DNA of 61,426 nucleotides, the filler included, from Choristocarpus tenellus KU-1152 (lineage: Eukaryota > Protista > Phaeophyceae): the NCBI GenBank assembly GCA_964200185.2. It is 11 parts of 11 records of this genome, joined end to end, with 100 filler letters (N's around TTAATTAATTAA, not from the genome) between each part and the next. Parts side by side here need not be neighbours in the genome. Positions count along the whole stretch, not along the records: positions 51,881 to 56,381 come from CAXNAD020014267.1; positions 56,482 to 61,426 come from CAXNAD020012429.1; 9 more parts are not named here. One strand, given 5' to 3'. The translations under genes were made by a program, and so were the position numbers. Below are positions 51,919-61,426 of the stretch, one piece after another (positions within the stretch are counted from its first letter, which is position 1; every line of letters starts with the position of its first letter). A model generated the notes under the pieces. That model was not told the DNA's origin. It did not search any database and saw only the letters and a program-made list of their open reading frames with translations.

Positions 51919-53004
51919 CAATGGCTGTGGAAGCCCCTCTGTCAAAGGACATGTTAGATATCTGGTGCAGTCTCTACCTCCCGGCGCAAAGTTTCACAAA
52001 GGTCGAAGGCTGAGGTTGGGCAGAGCGTACGCACTGGTGATTGCCGTGTGTCAAGAGGCGGACTCGTGCTTGATCGAGTGGACCAGTCAATCACTGCGAA
52101 ACAAGAACTCAAAGAGGGTCGCGACTATGCGGAGAGCATGTATTCTTAGACAAACTCGTTGATGAGGGTTGGTGACTGGTGTTGTTTGATGGGCTTTTAT
52201 GCATAACAGTGGAGATACAATAATAATGAAGAGTTTAGGGTTACACACAAACAGATGAGACATTGAGGATCACGACCCTTCTTCTCCCGTGAAAAAACTG
52301 GTTCTGGGAGAGGAGAAATAACCCTCCAAACCATATACTGGACGGACGGATGGATTTCTAAGTAACTTGATTTTAGTGAGAAAATTCACTCGATTTTAGT
52401 GAGGAAACTCGCCCTCTCACCCATCGCACTACAACCAACTTCAACCTTTCTAAAAATGTTATGGGTGGTTCAAGGGTCACATCAACCTTTATTTCGACGA
52501 AAAACTCGACTCCGATCAAAAGTTGGAGCAGCAGGACAAATTATGTCCTAGAGGCGATTGCAAACACCATATAGTGTTGGCAGTCACCTCTAGGATCAGG
52601 CTGGTCTTGGTTTTTTTAAAAGGTTGGTCAACGAGTTAAACGAGGATTAGTATAACGAATGAAAGCTCTTATCTAATCTATCGATTTCCGGAAAGAAAAC
52701 CTTTCCCAAAATTATTTGGTAAGTATAAAGATAAATTTTAACCAAATGTTTTCGGTACAACCTTGAAAATGTTTCGGAATGAATTATCACGACTAGAAAT
52801 ATTTTTGCGAAAGAAATACTTTGCTCAAATCGATAGCCTAGTTTCAGTCCTTTCATCTGATATGCTGATCGTCGATTAGATCGTTAGGCAACCTTTTCAA
52901 AAAAGTCAAGATTGGCTACTGCCAAAACAGTAAGTGACCTAACCTTGGCTGAACACTGTTTAAGCCACTCACAGGACACGATTCTGGTTGAGCGTCTTGG
53001 AGGA

Positions 53005-53302
53005 TACGGCAAAGTACCACTGTGAATTGAACCCTATAGAGATGGTCTGGGGGCGGGCGAAGCACTATGTACGAGGCCGCTGTTACTACATTTTGCCTGG
53101 AATGAGAGCCAACATTCCTGTCAGTCTGAAGGAGGAAGGAGGACTGTCGAGATTAATCGTGGAGAGGTTATCCAGAAATGAGTACTACTTACCACCTGAT
53201 ATATTCCAACGAGAAAGGCGTGGAGCGCACCAAATTGGACAGGGTGTGTGCAAGACATATAAGCCTCACAGGAGGCCTGCACCTTCAGAATATCTCATTT
53301 GA
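53005..53302 (+). pseudogene. C-terminal fragment of an IS630/Tc1-like DDE transposase
   Basis: KYHCELNPIEMVWGRAKHYVRGRC.Y ... YKPHRR is the catalytic-E region and tail typical of eukaryotic IS630-like elements. Confidence 0.8.
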
Positions 53303-53745
53303 CTTGGCATGGATTATCTGGTTGAGAGGCCTGGGTCCCCAGGAGTTGAGCCCCTTAGCCAGCAGGTGACCTCATCGCATAAACGGGAAAGAATGGAAAG
53401 AGAATGGAGAGACAACAACGTCCATGTTTTCCGGGCGAAGATGACCTCTTCAGGCGCCAAAATCATCCTTAAATGCGCGGTTCACCTGGACTACTTGATC
53501 TAAGTATGGTCCTGTATTTCTCACGATTACTGGAAGTTGACCAACCGAGACCCATCAAATAAGGTTAAGCATGCTGGTGCGATTACAACAAACGAATTTT
53601 CATGGCACGACAAAGTTGATGTAGGAGGCGACTGCCAACACCGTACCAGCATGTACACGTAACATTGTAATTTCCAACCTTTATGGGAGCGTTTGTAGTA
53701 TGCTGGTATTGAAATAGTGTATAGATTTTAGAAAGATATCTTTCA

Positions 53746-53922
53746 GACCCAAAGTATATCTGGGAGGGGGGGGGAGGGTCTACACCAGGGCGTCCATTTT
53801 GGGTCAAAATCAGGAAAAAAAGTGTATTTACATTATCCATCCGAAAAATAATCCAAAAATCGCGACATGAAAAAATGAACCCCAAATGGACAGCCGCCAC
53901 CCCCCCTCAGATACTTTGAGCC
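53746..53922 (-). mobile_element. MITE family B, full copy
   Basis: GACCCAAAGTA...CAGATACTTTGAGCC with a perfect TSD TTCA/TTCA. Confidence 0.9.
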
Positions 53923-53942
53923 TTCATGGTATAAAATATCAT

Positions 53943-54240
53943 GCCCTCTGATGTTTTGCAGATTTGTAAGGGAAAAGGCCAACCAACATCACAAGGACCC
54001 CAGTAAAAGAAACGGTAGTTGTCGTAAATGTGAATGATATCTATCCAAAACCTGCTTTCTGTTTGAACACAGCTATACTACAACTCTCCTTTAAAGGTCG
54101 GTAATTACAAGGTTACATGTACACTGCTGCTGTCTCTGTAACCTAGCTTAATTCTACACAAGTGGCCGAGGAGGTGGGAAGCATCCCAAGAATCTGACAG
54201 GCCTCTACTTGCCCATCTGCCTGGTGTCTCTGGCTTAAAG
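53943..54240 (+). repeat. Dispersed repeat family D copy
   Basis: GCCCTCTGATGTTTTGCAGA..., GTTGTCGTAAATGTGAA, GGGAAGCATCCCAAGAATCT, CCTGGTGTCTCTGGCTTAAA. Confidence 0.7.
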
Positions 54241-55307
54241 ATATTGTATACGGAATAATATGAGTACATGTTTTCTACCTACAAAACTGAACAGACACCA
54301 ACATGGCATACTACTGACATCATATTACCCAAGACTCTACTATGACTTCCACAATGTGTTGGTTTTGAAGGGGGGGTAATATCTTCTTATACTAAATATA
54401 AAACAAGAGAACTATTGTACTCGTACATACTTACAGTAGTACTAATATAAGATTTGTAGACAATTGATTTTCATATTGAATTTCAAGAACATAGCATTCG
54501 TATGCAATTGTTCTTTCCTTCCAAATCCAGCATAAGATTTGTACCAAAATGATCTTTCCTATTGAATCACAACAGAATATTCTTTCCTATTTTGTCTCCA
54601 GGTAAGATTCATACACGATCATTCTTCCTATTAAATCAAAAGGTAAGATTTGTATACAAACATGAGGTAAGAATAGATCATTACACAGTTGTCTTCTGTC
54701 AGCACATAGACACATATTCTTTATCTAGAACCGTCAGTGGTACCTACAGATCCTGTGTGCATGGTAGCCAACAAGGATGTATCGTACGCTGTACATCGGT
54801 GGTGGGAACAAGGAAGGAGGAAGGTACGCGTGTCATTCAGATTACAACCTGCTGCTTTATCGCGACTTTCAACTTTCGCAGTCAATTCATGGGTTGGAAT
54901 CAGACAAAAACACCCCCTGGCAGGAAAGCAGGGCCATCACAGACCACTACTAAGCCAACAAGTCTTCACATAATAACTTTGACCTGGTTTGGAGGAAATT
55001 CTGTTGTAGATTTGGAAGAAGGGTTCCACTTACGGCTCAAGGGTTTGGGCAAGGCCTGCTCTGGCACTAGTTTCACCAGAGTCTACTAGTCCTGCAGTAG
55101 GAGTGCATCAATTCCAGGTGAGAGCTTCGCAGTTGAGTACATCAAGACTGGATACTTGTACAGTCTTTCCCTTACTTTCCGCCCTGCCATCATCCATGCC
55201 TTGGAAGATAGGCTTCAATGATTTAGGTTCATCCCACAGTGTGTTCCACCTTCCACAGTTCATGTCCTTGATCTACTGTACCCCAAAGACTGACGAGCTC
55301 AAGGCTA

Positions 55308-55563
55308 GGGTGAAAGTATCATAGAGGGTACGTTTTCCCATATTTGTCCATTTGCGGCTTGGCTTTCCACGGGTTTTTTATAACATTTTCCTACCCCAAA
55401 ATGTTTCGGAGTAGGTAAAATGTGTATGATATTAAAAGGTGTGTCCAAAATAAGGATATCGACAAATCTTAAAAAACACGATAGCCAAAATTAAATCAAA
55501 ATCACAACATTGGATTTTGATCCCCGAATGGACGCAGCTCTACCCTCTCAGATACTTTGACTC
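55308..55563 (-). mobile_element. MITE family A copy
   Basis: GGGTGAAAGTATCATAGAGGGTA...TACCCTCTCAGATACTTTGACTC; flanks gcta/gctt. Confidence 0.9.
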
Positions 55564-55775
55564 GCTTACCCTCGAAAGTCATTTTTCTCGTTACCCGTGA
55601 TGCATTTGTTATCCTTCTCCTGTTCCTGGGTGAACTCCTTGCTGCGACCTCATACACCTGTATTTCTGCCCAAAGTACAGTTGCCGCCTCACCTCATCAC
55701 TCTTTATCCCCGCTGTCCACTCCCACTATGGACACAATGTGTTCGTCACACTTGCCTTCAAAGAAAGGAAACTAT

Positions 55776-55946
55776 ATGGCGACTCCCAAGTCGGGTGTGA
55801 AGAACGGTATTCCTTCTATGCGACGTAACTGTGATCGTTGCGTCGAAAAGAAGGTGAAGTGCAAACTGTTATACAGCACCAGTTTCCCCTCATGCCACTG
55901 GCTGGAAAGAGGTTGTCCATGTCTATGCACTTCATCTTCTTTGTGA
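55776..55946 (+). pseudogene. Zn(II)2Cys6 binuclear-cluster transcription factor, apparently damaged or first exon only
   Basis: MRRNCDRCVEKKVKC-x10-CHW-LERGCPC has five of six cysteines in canonical spacing, with an early TGA at 55944. Confidence 0.6.
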
Positions 55947-56344
55947 CGTAATGATCACAATTCCGCTGCATACCAGAAATTCCATTCTGAATGCCCCACT
56001 TGGCTTCAGTGTCTTCCTTTTAGAACTGCATAATTCAACAGTACTGTCTAACTTTGGCGGTCACTGGTGAAAACCCTCAGATTGATGAGGGCTAGCTACG
56101 TTTGACCTACGTGTATGCTGGCAGATACTAAAGCGCACATTTGACACATTGTATTGGTGTGACGATTGCTGACTGCTGACTGCTGACTGCTGAGAAGGCA
56201 AAACAAAATGAGGCAGCACCTGGCTTAGAATACTCAAGGTTTTTGATTATTTCACTCACCTAGAGCTACAACCGGTGATCAACCTACTTACCTAACCATT
56301 CCACACCCAGTCTTGTCCCCCTTCCCCCAAATTTCTGTTGTACA

Positions 56345-56381
56345 GACTCAAAGTATCTGGGGGAGGGGGGGCTACACCAGG
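56345..56381 (-). mobile_element. Family B terminus truncated by gap
   Basis: GACTCAAAGTATCTGGGGGAGGGGGGGCTACACCAGG, similar to 53746; further B termini at 12956-12976 and 24816-24838. Confidence 0.75.
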
Positions 56382-56481
56382 NNNNNNNNNNNNNNNNNNN
56401 NNNNNNNNNNNNNNNNNNNNNNNNNTTAATTAATTAANNNNNNNNNNNNNNNNNNNNNNNNNNNNNNNNNNNNNNNNNNNN

Positions 56482-56655
56482 GGGGGGGGTGGGGGGGGGG
56501 GGGGCTTTGTGAGGGCGGGTCCGTTTTGGTCAAACAATTCTTTTTTTGCTGACATTTCAAATCCGACACTTGTGATCAAATCACAACAAAAAAGTGAAAA
56601 TCGAAAAAAGGGTGAAAAACGGACGCCGACACCACCCCCCCAGGGGTTTTGACCC
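56482..56655 (-). mobile_element. Short family C MITE, one end lost in gap
   Basis: The reverse complement starts GGGTCAAAACCCCTGGGGGG..TGTCGGCGTCCGTTTTTCACCC and reaches a second poly-C tract after about 150 bp. Confidence 0.75.
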
Positions 56656-57299
56656 AAATACTTGGATCACACAGCGGTATAGCATGTGCAGGATCAAGTC
56701 AACATTGCATTGATCGGATCAATAGTTTGATGTATCTCTACAGATAGAAGACTCTCCAGAGTAGACACTGCAAAGCAAACAATCTTCAGTGGTTTGTGTT
56801 GGAGATTAAAATGGACGCATTTTGCAGAGCTATGTGCATTGAATTTGTCCATTGATGATGGCCTTAGTTGAATGTGTTTTGGAGTTTAGGTCATACACAA
56901 CGTTATTTGATGTAATAGAACTGTTTGTATGCCACCAAAACGCTGCGATTGATGTACAAGCCAGAGGTGAAGATATGTGTGTGTTTGTCAAGCTCCATCA
57001 ATATTTTTGATTCATCTCCATGCTCATCCTATGATGTTAACTGCGTGATGTCACCTTCTTATATTCACGTATTTACGGCTTATGGGTTTACTCTTCAGCA
57101 TATATACGTCCAGACATGCATGGAGTAGGTGTTTCCGTGCTAACATGATTAACACGTGCCCTTGGCTTCAATAGACCGGAACATAACCAAAGCAGAGATA
57201 GGAATTCCACAACTTGAGAAGCGTTTGAAAGTATGGTACACAAAAATTTGGCTCAACTGTACATGGGCTTTCTTACGTCTTACTTACATAAATAAGTAT

Positions 57300-58860
57300 T
57301 TAACATCTTTTTACTCAGTGACTTCTAAGGGCAGTGTTTTTGCACACTTTTTGGAGACATCACACAAATGTGTACGAAAAAATTGTTGACAATCCTTCAA
57401 TGTGTAACAATATAGTTTGATAGCTGAATGCTCCAAGAGAAAATTAAGGAGAGGGAGTATCTTCCCACCTAGTGCTTCTTCTGAGGTAGTACTTCGAAGT
57501 AGGTCACCAACGTTATCACAATAATTCCATTTAGAGAAGGGATAATACACTATTTCAAAATGTACGTTGTCAATCAAAATTAATTATGTAATATATGACC
57601 TGCCCTCTAGGTAATGGGTCTGCCAGAGTAATAATCCACCTTGACGGTCAACATAACACTCTCAATCAACGAAGGTGTTTCTCTATTAATGTAAACCATG
57701 ATTCGCTGTGCCGTGTGTCACCTCCTTCCACATGGTAGGAGGTGAGACATCCGTCAAACTAATTGTTTCTTGTGCTCTATGCATGTAAATAGATAAGTCT
57801 TAGGTATCTACGATAATATGTGCTTGTGTGGAGTTGAACTTGTATTGTGATGGGCGATATATATAACAAGCAGCCAAATGGTCTAGAAATCGAAATTCAC
57901 GAGGATTGAGAATTCAACGTGTGTGTTCTGGCATGGCAATGAGTTAGTTACCTGGTAAGTTGTATGATGTGAGTGGGACAGCATTCAAGCGACAGGACAT
58001 AGCACTACTTGATAAGTTCCATATTTTTGTAAACTTACCAAGAGAAATCACCGATTATTTGTACACGTTCACACCTCATGAAGCATTTTCCTTATTCTCA
58101 CTGATTTGTGATGTATACTAGAGATGTAAGAACATATTTGTACATAAGTATGCAGAATAAAATACATCAAAGAGGTATGGGAGATGAGCAAGGTGGACAA
58201 GGATGAGGTTGCCATTTGGAATTTGTTGCTCGAAGTACAGCAATTGTCTGATCTTTGGTTGTGCCTGTGAATTACTACGACATTAACATACAACTTTTTA
58301 CATTACAAATAGACGCTTACTAACACCCCTCCCAGTAAGGCGCATACTAGTTGTACAATATATCGTTGTACAAGGTCCAGAATATTGTTCATCAATGCTC
58401 TTCAGTGCATTACGGCATCCTGCAAACAGCGGTTGAATTTATGTAACGGGCTGGCGAAGTAGTAATCAACACAAAAGCATTTCCATTTCTCAAGGTTATT
58501 TCTGTACATCAAGCCTGTAGCATTGGTCGTGGGAGTGAGGCCGAATGCATCTATTATTTCTTGTGACATGTTGCTGACTGCTGCTGCCTGCATTGAATAA
58601 CTCTTTTTGCCCTCCCCTCCATGTCGAAGTTAGTTGCTACACAATTGTTTATTTGGTGCCAAAAGGAAACAAGTCGACCAAGATTTTGGCTAGGGAACAC
58701 AGTTAACAGCTTACAATGTTAAGAGTACTTCGTATTGTCGTATTGACGAACTAGTAGGACACATGTTCCGGGGCATCTTTCCTCTTTCCTGCATTGTATT
58801 GGCAACACTTGATGCTAAGCTCGTCCTGGAAGCCCATAAATCTTCTGACAATGGAGTGGG
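57300..58860 (-). pseudogene. Possible decayed hAT-like transposase
   Basis: Minus-strand fragments EMEMLLC*LLLRQPVT*IQPLFAG and LNPREFRFL recall the hAT L.PF...T..L.G and LDPR motifs; very degraded. Confidence 0.25.
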
Positions 58861-59669
58861 TTAGATCGTTCACTGCAGCTTTCTAAAATTTATTGGACAC
58901 GCTACGGAGATGGCGAACCCCAACCCTTGCTTTGGAAAGCACCTCTTTAGTCCCTACAATAATTTAAGATACTTTTGGGGAACGATTTAATCCACTCCGA
59001 CATCGGAAAGTTGACCGGACTCCGCTCATCCCAAGCACTTGATATCAATTTTGAGTTTCTGAGGACAACTTTATGTGTCAACACTACATTGCTACATCAT
59101 TTCAGTGATGCACATTCTCATTGTGCAATAAACTGCTGCATAGGTGCTGTACTAGAGCAGTGTATTGGTCTATACAAACTCCAGTTTTATTTCACACTAT
59201 TCCCATTGCCAATACCTCCCTCCCTCCCAGCAGATGCACAACCAGGGCCATTGGCTCCTCTTGATTAGGAGACTTCCCATTTTGATCGTGGGTACGGCCC
59301 TTGCCGAGTTTATTTTATGTGATACGCTTCCGTTGATTCCAATTGGGCGATTAAATAGTAGGAACTTGGAGGTGAGCAAAGTTCAAGCAATCAAGAAGGG
59401 GTGGCTGAGAAGTCCAGGTGCACAGATGTCTTGTTCCTTTACGTTTCCTGCTGTGGCACACATTTCGCATTTGGTGGTTTTGTGACTATTTTTTTCTAGT
59501 TTCTATGCTCTGAGAGAGTACAGATGGCTTGGACTTCTGCTTGTGAGCCCTCTTTGTGTATTTTTTTGTTTTTTCATCCACTCGCTTGTTACTGGATTAT
59601 ATAGCAGGACTTTGACGTCTCTAACTTTGTATGCTAAACTGCAGATTCAGTCTGTTGATTCTTCAGTTC

Positions 59670-61161
59670 AAGTCCTGGTGCAGGGAGATGCCCAATTGCC
59701 CAACATAGTATTTGTAAAGCCCCATAAGGTTGGTTCTAGCTCCATGCCAAATCTTGTCTGACTAATAGCGGCCAGAAATGGTGGCGCAGCAAGTGAGTAC
59801 CAGAAGAAGACCAAGTGCAACGATATGTTTGCTAAGACAAGAATGCAGCCAATTGAACCTCGATTACACATATGGGCAGACCATTGTGAGTGTTCTAAGA
59901 TGTTGAAAGACGTTGAAAGAGATATTGTGGAAGAAACATTTGTCTTCACTCTTGTGAGGGACCCGGTGGATCGCTGCCTCAGTGCCTACTACTACTACTA
60001 TGAGACCAACAACCCAGATCTAGCCCTCTCTGAGGAGGAGAGAACCCGCCACAAGGTGTGATTACGTGTGAATATATGGTCAAGCAATATCAATTTTGTC
60101 TCTACTTGCTATTTCAGTGATATTCTGAGCCGTGATGCAATCAAGAGGAAGTACATAGCAAGACTACCCACATGATGGGTGGAAGTTGTTCACGACTGAT
60201 AGGGTAAACCCAGAGTTGGGTTCATTTGCAGTCATGGATGGTATACCTCATGGGAAGAAGTCAAACAAGTACTTGCAGCATGCGAGTGAGGTACATTACG
60301 ACTGATGAGAAAAGGTTAAATAGAAATGACGCAAAGAATGCAATTTAGTACTCAAATACTATAATAGATCATTAAAATGTGCTAATTGGATGCATTTGAG
60401 TACCCTTCCATCCCTCTCAACCTTGATCTGATATGTGCATGTCGCAATCAATTTCTTTACAGTAATGGGGTCATTGCCCCAGCCTTCAACAAGAAAGGTG
60501 TGTTGAAGGCTTTCCTAGAGCATACCTCCTTTCAGTAACCGTTAAACAATTTGTAATTTCTGGTAAATCTGACTCCTTTGTGTCCTTTCTTGGCGCGAAG
60601 AGTGTTTAACCATGGAAGCGCACATACCCTTTTGTCCATGCCACAGCTCAATTACAGTCCGTGCGGTCAACATGGTTCACAGATTGATGAGATAAGGCCC
60701 ACAAAACTTGCATCTGTAGCGGAAACGGTTGACTTTTACGACCTGGTGGGTATCACAGGTCGCTTTACGGAGAGCTTGACTGCCATGAAAATGCTCCTAG
60801 GTGTGGAAGTGCTTTGTGAAATTTCGATTCTGAATGCATCATCAAGAGACTGTGCTGTTGTGAATGGGTCTATGATTTCGGGCAATTAGCTGCGTTGAGA
60901 GGACATGCACCACTCTTCTGAAATACGTAAGAAACATTGTATGTTTGATATTCAGGAGTACAATACAAGACAGATACAGCACCAATCTTAATGCAACTCA
61001 AGTGATAATGCCCATTCCTTTCTCTTACCTTTCTTTGCTGGGGAGCAGGATTGAGCTATGGAGACATGTTGTACTTTGATGATAAGCGGTCTGGCAATGG
61101 ACACCTTGCCCGACGCCCTCCTATGTCAGAGGAGCCTCCTGAGGTGCTGGAGCACTTCAAG
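59670..61161 (+). pseudogene. Galactose-3-O-sulfotransferase-like gene with an in-frame TGA
   Basis: PNIVFVKPHKVGSSS (5'-PSB motif), FVFTLVRDPVDRCLSAYYY (3'-PB motif), FYDLVGITGRFTESL..MKMLL and LSYGDMLY; LV*LIAARN has TGA at 59759-59761. Confidence 0.75.
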
Positions 61162-61390
61162 GTGATGAGGCATCAAGTATTTTTTATCCTGTCTCTGAAA
61201 GGAGTTGGCTTTGAGTGATGCTCAGAGAATGAGCATGTGTGGAGGGACACTTTTTGTCAAAATTTTGGTGTGGATGGTGCAAAGAACAGTATCAGCATCA
61301 TAGGGCATGATATGACAAGTCTGCGTTTGGATTTCTGTGCTCACACCCGACCAAGGCACAGGAACTATCAGGTCTATCATTGAGCAGATT

Positions 61391-61426
61391 GGGTCAAAGT
61401 ATCTGGGGGGGGGGTGACTGTCTATT
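61391..61426 (+). mobile_element. Family B terminus at window end
   Basis: GGGTCAAAGTATCTGGGGGGGGGGTGACTGTCTATT. Confidence 0.75.

Noticed and set aside
52988-53500. Fanzor/TnpB nuclease linked to the IS630-like fragment
   Set aside because: No RuvC-like motifs (DPG, E.YTS, RD.NAA.N) or zinc-finger pairs were seen here or in the other ORFs provided.

Overview
Intron-rich eukaryotic DNA, most likely a stramenopile alga of the brown-algal type. This is inferred from the gene set and the TTAGGG-like tracts, not proven. The window is about 11 contigs joined by artificial 100-bp N-TTAATTAATTAA-N spacers, so adjacency across gaps is not reliable. Host genes, mostly partial and multi-exon: an RCC1-repeat protein, IFT43, an ankyrin protein, an FAD/NAD(P)-binding oxidoreductase, a LEG1-domain protein, a coiled-coil protein, a P4-ATPase flippase, MSH6, a damaged Zn2Cys6 gene and a Gal-3-O-sulfotransferase-like gene with an in-frame stop. 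Much of the remainder is DNA-transposon debris: a complete but dead DD39D mariner with long TIRs, a second mariner fragment, and IS630-like, pogo-like, Harbinger-like, piggyBac-like and hAT-like remnants. The most striking structure is a set of about 20 short elements in four families. They share the terminus G(A/G)(G/C)YSAAAGTA, and several have clean 4-bp target duplications. An intron-containing Sola2-type DDD transposase pseudogene lies in the same window, as does a long element end with subterminal repeats, unidentified cargo ORFs and a 78-bp array. Together these suggest a Sola2 autonomous/MITE system. No CRISPR array, tRNA or rRNA was found.
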